From: a virus
IMG/VR virus record: IMGVR_UViG_3300032516_000004
Coordinates: 96,001 to 160,000 of that record
Reading direction: 5' to 3' (one strand)
Length of the DNA: 64,000 nt
The translations under genes and the position numbers were made by a program. Below the pieces are notes generated by a model. That model did not search any database and had not been told where the DNA came from. It saw nothing but the letters and a program-made list of their open reading frames with translations. Shown here one piece after another: positions 22,875 through 32,543 of this stretch. Numbering within the stretch: position 1 is the first letter of the stretch; each line of letters starts with the position of its first letter.

Positions 22875-22976
22875 TTGTTATCCTTTTGTTTTCTCAGACA
22901 CCCATCCTCTGGGGTTAATGCTGTAGTTTTAGTATCGGGACACCCATAGTATCCACAGTATTGATTCATTGAGTAA

Positions 22977-23126
22977 TCAGTCAGAATGTTGGTTTTCATG
23001 GGCTACTTTCAAACATAAATCCAGATGATCGTCATCAACGCTGCCGTCGTCTAATGTAATGTGAAGACAACACCCCGCACAGTGTCGATCATAAATTTGA
23101 TCAACTAATTGTTTGATTTCACTCAT
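22977..23126 (-). CDS. 49-aa hypothetical protein (not in the ORF track)
   Basis: MSEIKQLVDQIYDRHCAGCCLHITLDDGSVDDDHLDLCLKVAHENQHSD, read from the sequence; TAATG junction. Confidence 0.5.
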   Translation of the reverse strand: MSEIKQLVDQIYDRHCAGCCLHITLDDGSVDDDHLDLCLKVAHENQHSD

Positions 23127-23553
23127 TAGTATGTCCCTTTAAGGAAGGTGACGGGATAGAGCATATGTTCATCAGGTCTGTTCATTGGGGGTTTCATTTG
23201 TACTAGCGCAGCCATTGCGCTAACTTTATGTAAACAATTACCGTGAAAGTTAGGTGAATCACTATGGACCGGCTTAATTCTCCAGGAAAGTTAGGTGAAT
23301 CACTATGGACCGGCTTAATTCTCCAGTAGATGTCTGTTATACCATGTGATTCAGCGAGTTTTACAATTTGTTGATACAGGGTCTCAATATCAACATTGTT
23401 ATCGCCAAAGTATATATTTTCTGGATATCTAGTCTGAACCATCAAGTATTTATCATCAATGCGTTGTATGCTCGCAATACCTTCAACCATTTTTAATATT
23501 TCACCCTGTTCTAGAGTGTGTTCACGTAGATGGTAGCTTTCAGTCGTTGTCAT
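23126..23553 (-). pseudogene. Hypothetical gene frameshifted by a 41-bp tandem duplication
   Basis: Removing one repeat copy extends the frame to TAA 23128-23126, overlapping the next ATG. Confidence 0.6.
23245..23326. repeat. Perfect 41-bp direct tandem duplication
   Basis: GAAAGTTAGGTGAATCACTATGGACCGGCTTAATTCTCCAG at 23245-23285 and 23286-23326. Confidence 0.95.
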
Positions 23554-23818
23554 CTTTTGGTTCCTCGGTAATAGCACGCTCTTGAACCACGAATTGTCTT
23601 TGATGGTTAAACATGCCATTAGCATCGAAGACAGGAGCAATTGCGGTATAGGCAGCAATTCGCATTCCACGTGGGACTTCGAACACCATCAGCTCTCTCG
23701 TGTGTTGATCTAGCATATTATCAATAGTTCGCCACCGATAAGTGGCGTCGAAACTTGACCAGTTATTGACACCGAACTTTGCCAATCGCTCTCCCACGAT
23801 ATCCATAATAGTTTTCAT
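23540..23818 (-). CDS. Hypothetical protein
   Basis: Overlap-coupled small ORF in the minus-strand block. Confidence 0.55.
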   Translation of the reverse strand: MKTIMDIVGERLAKFGVNNWSSFDATYRWRTIDNMLDQHTRELMVFEVPRGMRIAAYTAIAPVFDANGMFNHQRQFVVQERAITEEPKDDND

Positions 23819-24096
23819 GGTTGTTCTGCAATCGCCCCGATTTCGTGGATGGTTTTAATTAGACTATTAATCAAATCTTTATGTTGATCGTCGTACATTA
23901 AGTCAAGGGAGACAGTTAGCCGTACCTCGGGTGAGCAGTCCATAGCAATTGGACGTCCCCAATTCTCGGTTGTCATTTCATGGGGCTCCGCGTATCGGGG
24001 CTTTACGTCTCGTGATTGGGATAGCTTAAATGGTGTTACACAATGAATCATTGGATTCTCCTTAGATTTTTTGGTCCCAGTACATACGACCTTCAA
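23815..24096 (-). CDS. Hypothetical protein
   Basis: Overlap-coupled small ORF. Confidence 0.55.
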   Translation of the reverse strand: MKVVCTGTKKSKENPMIHCVTPFKLSQSRDVKPRYAEPHEMTTENWGRPIAMDCSPEVRLTVSLDLMYDDQHKDLINSLIKTIHEIGAIAEQP

Positions 24097-24511
24097 TAAT
24101 TTCTTGTCTTACACGCATTAGTATCTTACCCAGATGATTTTGTCCTTTGCCGCCACATACACCCCAGAACTTATCACCCCAGGTATTACCTTCGATCAAT
24201 TCTACATTACCGGTTCCTAATAGATCTAGGGTCAACGATGGGCTGTTAGCAAACTTATTACGAACCAAATATTCCATGAGCGGTATTTTGATTTTGCTGA
24301 AGTCAGCACGCATGGTGACCTGTCTACCTAGAATCCTCGCATCTCCTGGTGAATAAGTGTTTCGTATCGCCTCACTGGCCTGTGGATTAAACGTTTTGGT
24401 TGCTTGATATGCATGTTCTACAGATTTATATTCAATACCATTTAAGTATACCGGTGATTCATAAAAATTAGACAGGAATCGATAAATACCTGTGAACCTA
24501 TTAATTGCCAT
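24062..24511 (-). CDS. NADAR (YbiA-like) family protein
   Basis: FLSNFY, SVEHAYQA.K, ARILGR, LVRNKF, LLGTG..ELIEGNTWGDKFWG....GQNHLGKILMRVR. Confidence 0.9.
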   Translation of the reverse strand: MAINRFTGIYRFLSNFYESPVYLNGIEYKSVEHAYQATKTFNPQASEAIRNTYSPGDARILGRQVTMRADFSKIKIPLMEYLVRNKFANSPSLTLDLLGTGNVELIEGNTWGDKFWGVCGGKGQNHLGKILMRVRQEIIEGRMYWDQKI

Positions 24512-24555
24512 GTAGCGATATATAAATTTGATGTTCTATTAATTTATAGTTAGAC

Positions 24556-25128
24556 ATGGCGATTTGGTTTACATCGGACACACATTTCAAACACGCTAAC
24601 ATCCTTAAGTATTGTGGTCGTCCATTTGACAATATTGGGACTCATGATCAGACGCTAATTAAACGTTGGAATAATAAAGTTCAGCCAGATGATGTGGTAT
24701 ATCATTTGGGTGATTTTGCGTTTGGTAGATCAGAAGATTGGATGACGATTATTAGACAATTAAATGGTTGTATTAATCTGATCAAGGGCAACCATGATCA
24801 TAGTGATAAATTGAAGAAACTCAAGGAATTACCAGGCAAGAATCTCAATTTCTTGGGTCACTATCACGAGGTAAAGGTTGACGATGAAGAAATGGATGTT
24901 ACTCAGGTAATTGTGCTATTTCATTACCCGATTGAGTCATGGAATAAGCGACATCATGGGTCTTGGCACCTACACGGCCATACGCACAATAATCTTATGT
25001 CACCAGAGTATCAGGCTAGGCTGGATGTTAGCGTTGACAGTCACGATTATTCGCCGATTTCTTATGATGACGTGAAAACACTGATGACCCGAAAGGTATT
25101 CAAGGTAATCGATCACCACGGGTCATAG
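24556..25128 (+). CDS. Calcineurin-like metallophosphoesterase
   Basis: FTSDTHF.H, HLGDF, KGNHD, LFHYP, HLHGHTH motifs. Confidence 0.9.
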   Translation: MAIWFTSDTHFKHANILKYCGRPFDNIGTHDQTLIKRWNNKVQPDDVVYHLGDFAFGRSEDWMTIIRQLNGCINLIKGNHDHSDKLKKLKELPGKNLNFLGHYHEVKVDDEEMDVTQVIVLFHYPIESWNKRHHGSWHLHGHTHNNLMSPEYQARLDVSVDSHDYSPISYDDVKTLMTRKVFKVIDHHGS

Positions 25129-25353
25129 TGTATATTTACCAGTTTCCTGATATTGTTTTCTTAATTCTCGAATATCTTGTTCATTTAGGTAATGAATAAA
25201 AGTTTGCCATGGTTTTGGCTCTTGTCCAAATTCCCATATGAGGTTATATTTATTTCGTATGGCAAATCTTATTAACATGTGTTGTTTGTGGTTGGATAAG
25301 ACCAACACTTCAAATGTGTCGTCGTCCATAGTTATTAAGGCATTTAGGTCCAT
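25123..25353 (-). CDS. Hypothetical protein
   Basis: Small ORF; stop overlaps the end of the phosphoesterase gene. Confidence 0.5.
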   Translation of the reverse strand: MDLNALITMDDDTFEVLVLSNHKQHMLIRFAIRNKYNLIWEFGQEPKPWQTFIHYLNEQDIRELRKQYQETGKYTL

Positions 25354-25354
25354 G

Positions 25355-25960
25355 TTATTTCTTAACCGAGTTCATATAGAACCATCGATTCGGCGCATAG
25401 ATGACCCATTGTTCACCGTCCCATCGTTTGAACACGTCATCGCCGGGATTGTAGTAACAATCACCAGTTGTGGGTGATTCTGGGCATTTGTCTTCCGCTT
25501 GTAACAGCATGCCGCTTCGGTCCACAGAGTTTTCTCGATGGATCTTGATTGTTTCCCGATCGCTATTGATTAGTGCTAGAATTAATACAGAAACATGTGG
25601 GTCTTCACACGGTTTCCACATATTGTTACCTAACATGTCTTTACTTAGAAATTCACATTTAAGTTCGTAGTTCGAGGTATCATACGACTTTGGTACCCAG
25701 GCGGCTCGCCAAGTGTTTTCTTGATTTGTCCATTCCACATATTGGGGTTTCTTATCACATCTACACCCAACATCTTTACAAGTAAGTTCTTTAGCCATTG
25801 ATAGCTCCTCACAGCATTTTTGACAATCTCGATTGTCGTTTGCAATTAAATATAGGTTAATCGGCGATCCACCATTAAAGAAATGATTATTAATAGTATG
25901 GTCCAAATCTGGTAAAATGTCTTTCCAGTTTTGGAGTGACACAACAGTTACTTTATTCAT
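25355..25960 (-). CDS. Hypothetical Cys-rich protein
   Basis: Likely ATG at 25960 overlapping the end of the HNH gene; CQKC, CKDVGCRC. Confidence 0.55.
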   Translation of the reverse strand: MNKVTVVSLQNWKDILPDLDHTINNHFFNGGSPINLYLIANDNRDCQKCCEELSMAKELTCKDVGCRCDKKPQYVEWTNQENTWRAAWVPKSYDTSNYELKCEFLSKDMLGNNMWKPCEDPHVSVLILALINSDRETIKIHRENSVDRSGMLLQAEDKCPESPTTGDCYYNPGDDVFKRWDGEQWVIYAPNRWFYMNSVKK

Positions 25961-26501
25961 TTTTGGTACTCTTGGCCCTTTTGGCTGCAAGCTTGGCAGT
26001 TTCTTGTTTGTGGCACTGGCAACATAGGGTTCTATAATTGTCGAGCCCACATTCGCCACCACCTTCAATGACCGGTATAATATGGTCAGCATCCCAAATT
26101 CCATACCAGGGTCTGGATCGATACCGATGAACCGGTATTTTGAGTTCTTGGAGCTTTGTCATTAGCTTAACGTTTTTGAGAATATTGTTTTCATATTCCC
26201 AGGTGTATTGATTCTTTGGGCCGTTTTTATCTTCAAGCTTTTCTAGTTTTTTGACCAGGGCTTTGCAATCTATACCACATATGGTACAAACACCGTGGTC
26301 TCGAGCATATAACTTGGTTCTTACATATGTAGGATTTGTTTTGATTTTCCAACGATCTACACATTGATCGCCACAAAATGATCGGCGACCCACTGGTACT
26401 TCAGCGTTACATTGCCGACATAAGGCTCTATCATTGGGTCCACGAGGTAAAGCCTTGGGATTAACCCAGCCCCGCTGTCCGCTAACTCGCTGAGTGCTCA
26501 T
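25953..26501 (-). CDS. HNH endonuclease with N-terminal Zn finger
   Basis: CRQC..FCGDQC; YARDHGVCTICG; WDADHIIPVIEGGG..GLDNYRTLCCQCH. Confidence 0.9.
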   Translation of the reverse strand: MSTQRVSGQRGWVNPKALPRGPNDRALCRQCNAEVPVGRRSFCGDQCVDRWKIKTNPTYVRTKLYARDHGVCTICGIDCKALVKKLEKLEDKNGPKNQYTWEYENNILKNVKLMTKLQELKIPVHRYRSRPWYGIWDADHIIPVIEGGGECGLDNYRTLCCQCHKQETAKLAAKRAKSTKNE

Positions 26502-26770
26502 TAGATACCATATCTAAATTTTTCATTGTGGAATTTTACTTGGCACTCTCTGTCGTCTCTTTTAATTACCACACCAAATGATTCTGAGTGCCCCATCATC
26601 GACACACTATCGCCCACCTTATAGTAATGAGAGGGATCAGGTATTGAAATTACTTCGGGATACATGTCATTTAAATATTCTTCTACTTCTTTCATCCATG
26701 GTTCTATAATCTCGGTTCTTTCAAAATTCTTCATGGCCTGGTACAATAACACGTCAGCGTTTGATCTCAT
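26501..26770 (-). CDS. Hypothetical protein
   Basis: Coupled small ORF. Confidence 0.5.
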   Translation of the reverse strand: MRSNADVLLYQAMKNFERTEIIEPWMKEVEEYLNDMYPEVISIPDPSHYYKVGDSVSMMGHSESFGVVIKRDDRECQVKFHNEKFRYGI

Positions 26771-26780
26771 ATATATTCAC

Positions 26781-27203
26781 CTACTTCCACAATTTAATAT
26801 CTTCCCATTGTTGTATGGTTAAGTAGTGGACTTCAGGCGCTAATCGTCCAAATTCAAGTAGAACCCTATACACTCTTACAAACTCTGTTAGTGGTTCACC
26901 GAGGAGTTGAACATTGCCACCTTGTAAAGCATCAAAACCTTTGGGAGAATTGATAAATTTATGAAATACTTCTATATCTTCTCGTCGTTTTTCTTTGGCT
27001 AACTCTTCAATAATCTGTGTGTTAGACCAATCCCGAAGACAACGCATGGATTTTAAATCTTCAAACGATTCTTTAATACGTCCACCAACTTCAATCCCAC
27101 GTGGTGTGATTGAATATTCGGTAAACTCTGCGTTTTTGATTATTCGAGTCATAAGTTTACTCCAGCTAACGCTATCTGATAGGCTTTGTGAATTGGTGGC
27201 CAT
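26781..27203 (-). CDS. Hypothetical protein
   Basis: 140-aa ORF in the block. Confidence 0.55.
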   Translation of the reverse strand: MATNSQSLSDSVSWSKLMTRIIKNAEFTEYSITPRGIEVGGRIKESFEDLKSMRCLRDWSNTQIIEELAKEKRREDIEVFHKFINSPKGFDALQGGNVQLLGEPLTEFVRVYRVLLEFGRLAPEVHYLTIQQWEDIKLWK

Positions 27204-27622
27204 TCCAATTCTATACCAACCTGACGCATGGTCTGGGTAATATTTACCCCCATGGCTTCAGGACAGGTAGTTATTCCATATAGGGTTGGATGTGTTCTGG
27301 TAGATAAAAATAATTTGATTTCGTTTTTCAATTGTTTTCTAGCGGTTCCTTGCCAGTATAAACAGTTAACTAGTTGTCGCCATGACCAATTTGGATGCTT
27401 TTGCTTCATCTTATTAACATGTTGTTCTAAATCAAAAATATTATAAATAGCAAACACGTCATTTCTATGCGTGTCAAACATAGAATCATATACAGGCATA
27501 TGTGGCGGGCAGGTAAGTTTCCTATTAAAATTTGGGCATCCCCGTGGATGTCCTGGATATGGCGCAGTACATAACCCGATAACATTTGGCTGTAAAATTG
27601 GTTTTATGGGCATAAATGGCAT
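27149..27622 (-). CDS. DUF2284-like Cys-rich metal-binding protein
   Basis: LCTAPY...GCPNF.R..TCPPH ... TTCPEAMGVNI..T; TAATG overlap at 27622. Confidence 0.55.
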   Translation of the reverse strand: MPFMPIKPILQPNVIGLCTAPYPGHPRGCPNFNRKLTCPPHMPVYDSMFDTHRNDVFAIYNIFDLEQHVNKMKQKHPNWSWRQLVNCLYWQGTARKQLKNEIKLFLSTRTHPTLYGITTCPEAMGVNITQTMRQVGIELEWPPIHKAYQIALAGVNL

Positions 27623-27915
27623 TATGCTTTTACCACGATATGGCACCCATCTTTTAAGTGGGCGTAAGATTCTTCGCGTAGTTTCAGATGATCTTTATAA
27701 TTATTGATTGTAGCTTCTTCTTTTGTTGGCCAAAGGGCACGATACCACCAAGTCAAAGTATCAGGGTCTACATCACGACCAAACTGCATATTAGCCATAC
27801 CAAAAGACACCACGGCATCTCGAAAAGTTGTGCCATAGGCTTTTCCTGCTAGATGTACAGGACCGGGAGCATAACCACCGATGTCCTTGCTTACCCAGAT
27901 TTCGTATTCCTTCAT
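27622..27915 (-). CDS. Hypothetical protein
   Basis: Coupled small ORF. Confidence 0.55.
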   Translation of the reverse strand: MKEYEIWVSKDIGGYAPGPVHLAGKAYGTTFRDAVVSFGMANMQFGRDVDPDTLTWWYRALWPTKEEATINNYKDHLKLREESYAHLKDGCHIVVKA

Positions 27916-27958
27916 TTTTTGCTTTCTGGTTGTATAACCGGTTTTATGGGTATAAAGG

Positions 27959-28186
27959 TCATTTTAATGAGTTTCTAAACGCTTTCCATTGTTTGATCAT
28001 ATAGTTGGCAATTTCTAATCGCTCTTCAACGGTGAAGTGATAGTCTCGATCCAAACAATCATCATATCCCGCCATAATTTTATCGATACGTCTAGGATTC
28101 ATACATAACCCGATAGTATCTTCACAGGCTATAAGTTCCCGGTCAGAGCATTTAAGTTCAAAATTACCATTTTTAAGTAACTTCAT
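27959..28186 (-). CDS. Hypothetical protein
   Basis: Coupled small ORF. Confidence 0.55.
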   Translation of the reverse strand: MKLLKNGNFELKCSDRELIACEDTIGLCMNPRRIDKIMAGYDDCLDRDYHFTVEERLEIANYMIKQWKAFRNSLK

Positions 28187-28434
28187 GATTCTTCTCGTGG
28201 TGGAACTGGTGATAGTCCTTGTTCAGCTCTTCTCATACATATTCGACAGATTCCAAGCCCCGTGTTATTGCGCCAGATTGAGTAAGCGGTTCCCTGGTCT
28301 CGATTCCAACCACGTCGGCACATTGGCCATCCGGGATCACTAAAAGTACCCCGATATAGGTGGGCTCTGAACCGTTCGTCGGCCCGATAATCTCGGTCTA
28401 GACCCGGCATATATTCTTGTCCACCAATAATCAT
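28183..28434 (-). CDS. Hypothetical protein
   Basis: ATGA-coupled ORF. Confidence 0.55.
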   Translation of the reverse strand: MIIGGQEYMPGLDRDYRADERFRAHLYRGTFSDPGWPMCRRGWNRDQGTAYSIWRNNTGLGICRICMRRAEQGLSPVPPREES

Positions 28435-28682
28435 TTACTATCTATTGTGTGAATTCGTATTACAGAACCGTCGTGGCCATGTATTACTTGTGGATAACAC
28501 TTTAAGCACAACATTTTACCATCTGAACCACGATACATTCCAGTTGCTGCTATCACACCATGAACAGGACATTTAATTAAGTGTTCTAACGCATGTCCAA
28601 CAATTTCTTCCATATACCAACCAGTTACTTGGTCTTTATTAACCAATTCACCATTACGAACCACGTATTTGGTGCCCTTCAT
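28431..28682 (-). CDS. Hypothetical Zn-finger-like protein
   Basis: CPVH...CLKC; ATGA coupling. Confidence 0.55.
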   Translation of the reverse strand: MKGTKYVVRNGELVNKDQVTGWYMEEIVGHALEHLIKCPVHGVIAATGMYRGSDGKMLCLKCYPQVIHGHDGSVIRIHTIDSK

Positions 28683-28715
28683 TTTACAATGCTCTTCAGT
28701 GCTTTTGAACTGTTC

Positions 28716-28943
28716 TCATTTTGTGACCCTGGTATTTATGTATAGACCAATAATAAGCTGGTGATTTTTAAATCTTTGGTACGGCACTATCGTAGTATTT
28801 TCTGGTAGCATCCTGACCCCCAGATCATGAGACTGTGATATTAAGTGTTGAATTCCTAGTTTTGCTGCCCGCCGAATTAGAATCTCTTCAGTTGATGGGT
28901 TTTCTAATTCCTTCTTAGTCATGTTTCTATATAGTAATCTCAT
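28716..28943 (-). CDS. Hypothetical protein
   Basis: First gene of the minus-strand block, at the divergence point. Confidence 0.5.
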   Translation of the reverse strand: MRLLYRNMTKKELENPSTEEILIRRAAKLGIQHLISQSHDLGVRMLPENTTIVPYQRFKNHQLIIGLYINTRVTK

Positions 28944-28960
28944 GTGGTGCCGGTTATTAT

Positions 28961-29188
28961 ATGACGGGTATGGAACCCTTCAAACTGACCCCTGAAGAGA
29001 TTAATGAGTTTTTGTTGATAGAGGCCGATGAGCGATGGCTACGCGCTGAACATGAAAAGCTAGCATTACGTAAGCAGAATATATTTCTAAAATTATCTTT
29101 TCGTGTGAAAACAGAATTGGATAATTGGGGAGTTGATTTGTCTCGGGGCATGTGTGTTCCACCATTGCAGAACAAAAATCAAGAGTGA
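28961..29188 (+). CDS. Hypothetical coiled-coil protein
   Basis: 75-aa ORF. Confidence 0.45.
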   Translation: MTGMEPFKLTPEEINEFLLIEADERWLRAEHEKLALRKQNIFLKLSFRVKTELDNWGVDLSRGMCVPPLQNKNQE

Positions 29189-29286
29189 CCATATTTCTGT
29201 GTTTTCATGCTAATATGACTATTTGCTGGTGCCAGTTATAAATTCTTTGTTAGTACACATCATATAATCTCTACAGGAGAACAAAC

Positions 29287-31587
29287 GTGCAGCAAATGAG
29301 TGTGTCCGTGTCTGATGTAACGCTCAACATGATGAAGAAGAGGATTTTATTCAAAAAGGAAAATGGTGAACATGAAACACCATTAGATGCGTATAAAAGA
29401 GTCGCCAAATTTGTCGCTACCGGTCATCGAGTATTTACTGACGATAAAGAAGCAAAGAAATTTGAAGAGAAGACGATAGAAATGATGGGTGAGGGTAAAT
29501 TCATGCCCAACACACCCATCATAGTTAATGCTGGTTTCTCGAACGCTCAGTGCTCGGCATGTTTTATTTTGCCAACTGAAGACACATTACAGTCTATTTA
29601 TCAGACCCACTACAATCAGGGGGTAATTCAAGCGAGTGGTGGGGGTACAGGTATTTATTTGGGTAATATTCGATCTGCTGGAACCAAGGCATCACATGAT
29701 AGATTCGTCACCAAGGGACCGATTAGCTGGCTTAAGATGTTCAATGAGAATGCTAGCCATGTTGTGCAGGGAATGCGTGACGGTGCCAACATGGCAATGC
29801 TTAATATTGGACATCCAGACATAGTTGACTTTATTACATGTAAAAATTCTGGATACAAATTAATAGATGAGGAATTGGCTGAGCAATTTGAAGTTTCACT
29901 AGAAGAAGCAAAACGTATTAAGTCGATAATTGGTATTGAGAAATTTAATACCTCAGTATCTATTACAGACAAATTTATGAACGCAGTGGAGAATGATGAG
30001 GATTGGTATTTAGTAGATCCACACACCAAGAAGCGTGTGAAAAATATCAAAGCTAAAGAATTATGGGACCTTATTGTTAAGAATGCGCATCAACATGGTG
30101 AACCTGGAGTATTTTTTGTTGACACGGCTAATCGGTACAATATGTTATCTAATATAGCCAAGATGGAATGTACTAACCCTTGCGGTGAGATCAGTGGTAT
30201 TCCTAACACATCATGCACCCTAGGCCATGTAAATCTTAGCAAGTTTGTGATTGAGAATAACGTGGCATCAAAAATCAATTGGGATGGTCTTGAAGACGCG
30301 GTTCGATTTGGCACTCAATTCTTGGATGATGTGGTAGAAGTTAATCACCTACCAACTCCACAATTGGTTGAAATGAATAAGAATTCACGGCAAATTGGGC
30401 TGGGAATCATGGGGTGGGCTGACACGCTAATTAAACTTAGCACGGCATATGATTCTGACCTTGCTATAGCTAAAGCTAATGAGATTGGAAAATTTATAGA
30501 TGGGATATCTATGGATGAATGTCAACGATTAGGTAAGGACCGTGGTAACTATCCATATTTTGATGGTTCCCCAATGCAAAAGTCAGGCGTTAAACATATG
30601 CGGTGTGCTAATCGTACCACGATTGCGCCCACGGGTCAGACATCTATGTACGTTGGGTGCTCGTCGGGCATCGAGCCCATTATGTTTCCAATTATGAGGA
30701 GAGAACAAGCTGGAATGGTGCAAGTTGATTACCATCCGATCCTCATGCAGACTCTTAAAGATCGTGGTCTTGATACTCAGGAGATTAAAGATAAACTTGG
30801 TATTTTGGGGTCAGTTAGGAAGGCAGAATTCTTGCCTGAGGACATTAGGAATCTGTTCCCATCAGCTCATGATATTGATTACACGTGGCATGTCAAACAC
30901 CAGGCCACTTGGCAGCGACATATTACTTCGGCGGTATCGAAGACCATTAATTTACCGAAAGATGCTCCAGTCGATGATGTGTCGAACGCATATTTGCTGG
31001 CGTTTAAGAGTGGGTGTAAGGGGATCACCGTTTATCGAGATGGATCCAGAACCGGTCAACCACTATCTTCTATGAAAGAGACCAAGAAGCTCGTTAAATC
31101 AAAGAATAAGCGTAGTGAAGTAACACATGGTACTAATCGGAAGATCCCCTGTGGGTGTGGTAATATCATGGCCTTCATAGGCGGTCAAGATGGTAAAGTT
31201 GAAGAGATAATTGCCCGTTTGGGTCGTGGTGGGTCATGTAGTTCCGCTCAAGTTGAGGCAATTAGTAGAATGGCCTCAATAGCAATGCAACACGGCGCAA
31301 ATCCAGAATATGTTGCTAAACAGCTTGGCTCTATAAGATGTCATTTAAATGTTCTTTACAAGTCTAAATATACAGGAGATCGACCACGCACAATCACCTC
31401 ATGCAGTGACGCCATGTCGGTTGCTTTATCAGAGCACATGCTGAATGGTACCGGTAATAAATTAGAAAAAGTTGACGCCATGGCCTATCATGCAGGCGCG
31501 TGTCCAGATTGTGGTGGGCAAGTTGCTTATGAAGAAGGCTGCATTAAATGTTATTCACCATCCTGTGGATATTCTAGATGTGGATGA
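29287..31587 (+). CDS. nrdJ: Class II (adenosylcobalamin-dependent) ribonucleotide reductase
   Basis: PNTP..NAG, SACFIL, GGGTG, RDGANM, TNPCGE, SCTLGHVNL, GLGIMGWAD, TIAPTG, SSGIEP; C-terminal TSCSDA domain and CPDCG..EEGC..C Zn ribbon; no beta subunit nearby. Confidence 0.93.
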   Translation: MQQMSVSVSDVTLNMMKKRILFKKENGEHETPLDAYKRVAKFVATGHRVFTDDKEAKKFEEKTIEMMGEGKFMPNTPIIVNAGFSNAQCSACFILPTEDTLQSIYQTHYNQGVIQASGGGTGIYLGNIRSAGTKASHDRFVTKGPISWLKMFNENASHVVQGMRDGANMAMLNIGHPDIVDFITCKNSGYKLIDEELAEQFEVSLEEAKRIKSIIGIEKFNTSVSITDKFMNAVENDEDWYLVDPHTKKRVKNIKAKELWDLIVKNAHQHGEPGVFFVDTANRYNMLSNIAKMECTNPCGEISGIPNTSCTLGHVNLSKFVIENNVASKINWDGLEDAVRFGTQFLDDVVEVNHLPTPQLVEMNKNSRQIGLGIMGWADTLIKLSTAYDSDLAIAKANEIGKFIDGISMDECQRLGKDRGNYPYFDGSPMQKSGVKHMRCANRTTIAPTGQTSMYVGCSSGIEPIMFPIMRREQAGMVQVDYHPILMQTLKDRGLDTQEIKDKLGILGSVRKAEFLPEDIRNLFPSAHDIDYTWHVKHQATWQRHITSAVSKTINLPKDAPVDDVSNAYLLAFKSGCKGITVYRDGSRTGQPLSSMKETKKLVKSKNKRSEVTHGTNRKIPCGCGNIMAFIGGQDGKVEEIIARLGRGGSCSSAQVEAISRMASIAMQHGANPEYVAKQLGSIRCHLNVLYKSKYTGDRPRTITSCSDAMSVALSEHMLNGTGNKLEKVDAMAYHAGACPDCGGQVAYEEGCIKCYSPSCGYSRCG

Positions 31588-31631
31588 AATATGTGTAAAT
31601 GTATTAATGTATCGAAAAGTATACGCCAACA

Positions 31632-31661
31632 TTGACGAATATAGCCATAATATATTATAAT
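31632..31661 (+). promoter_or_regulatory. Sigma70-type promoter for the HNH gene
   Basis: TTGACG-18-TATAAT ending 7 nt before ATG 31669. Confidence 0.6.
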
Positions 31662-31668
31662 TGTTTAT

Positions 31669-32496
31669 ATGATAATGAAATGTCGTGAATGTGGTATAGA
31701 ATTTGTGGCCAATCCAATATTAAAGGGGAAACGGCGTAAACGTAAAGCATATTGTTTTAAATGCCTACCTTTACACGCAACTAGACAGGACCAATTAAAA
31801 ATAGCCAGTTTTTGTGGGAGACATTTAAATCCGATAGTTAGATGTATTATATGTAATAAGGATTTTTTAAGATCAACCAAAATTAGTAATAAAATGGTTC
31901 GTAGAATCAGATATTGTCTAAAGTGTGTTCCGGCCAATTTAAGTAATAACGATAAATATGATTTAACCATTAAATACCTACCACAATTAAACAATGAAAC
32001 TTTTAAATGTTTAAATTGTGGTAAAGAGTGTAGGGTTCATACTTATATTAATGGTAAAAGATATACGAGACGTAAATATTGCCCTGAATGTTTAACTAGA
32101 AATCAAAGCCATTATAAGTATTCTTCGTTTAATGGTAAAGAAATGATGTGTCGATATTGTGGTAAAAAATTTATATTTAAAACCAATGCGCATAATACAT
32201 CAGTAAAATGTGTGAAATGTTTTTGGAAACAAAGACTAAGTGCAATAAAGAAAAAAGCTGTTAAAGATAGGGGCGGAGAGTGTCAACTGTGTGGATATAA
32301 AAAACATAATTGCGCACTGGTGTTACATCATGTTGATCCTAGTAAGAAAGATATTAATTTTCACCATATAAATAGTTGGTCTAAGTTTAAGAAAGAAATT
32401 AAAAAATGTATCTTATTATGTTTTAACTGTCATCAGGAATTTCATAATGGCAGGATTAAGATACCTAAAAGAATCATAAAAAAGTGGATTAAATAG
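31669..32496 (+). CDS. HNH endonuclease with multiple Zn fingers
   Basis: Repeated CxxC; RGGECQLCGY..HNCALVLHHVDPSKK...CILLCFNCHQEFH. Confidence 0.9.
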   Translation: MIMKCRECGIEFVANPILKGKRRKRKAYCFKCLPLHATRQDQLKIASFCGRHLNPIVRCIICNKDFLRSTKISNKMVRRIRYCLKCVPANLSNNDKYDLTIKYLPQLNNETFKCLNCGKECRVHTYINGKRYTRRKYCPECLTRNQSHYKYSSFNGKEMMCRYCGKKFIFKTNAHNTSVKCVKCFWKQRLSAIKKKAVKDRGGECQLCGYKKHNCALVLHHVDPSKKDINFHHINSWSKFKKEIKKCILLCFNCHQEFHNGRIKIPKRIIKKWIK

Positions 32497-32499
32497 TAG

Positions 32500-32528
32500 T
32501 TGTCAGCCAGTAAATTTTGTGATACAAT
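32500..32528 (+). promoter_or_regulatory. Sigma70-type promoter for the HNH-AP2 gene
   Basis: TTGTCA-17-TACAAT with extended TG, 15 nt before ATG 32544. Confidence 0.6.
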
Positions 32529-32543
32529 TCTCGTCACAATAAG

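Noticed and set aside
23245-23326. Possible mini-CRISPR array
   Set aside because: Only two abutting copies with no spacer, inside a coding region, and no cas genes.
29287-31587. Intein or intron in nrdJ (also checked recA and the helicases)
   Set aside because: Lengths and motif spacing are normal; no C...HN/S signatures seen.
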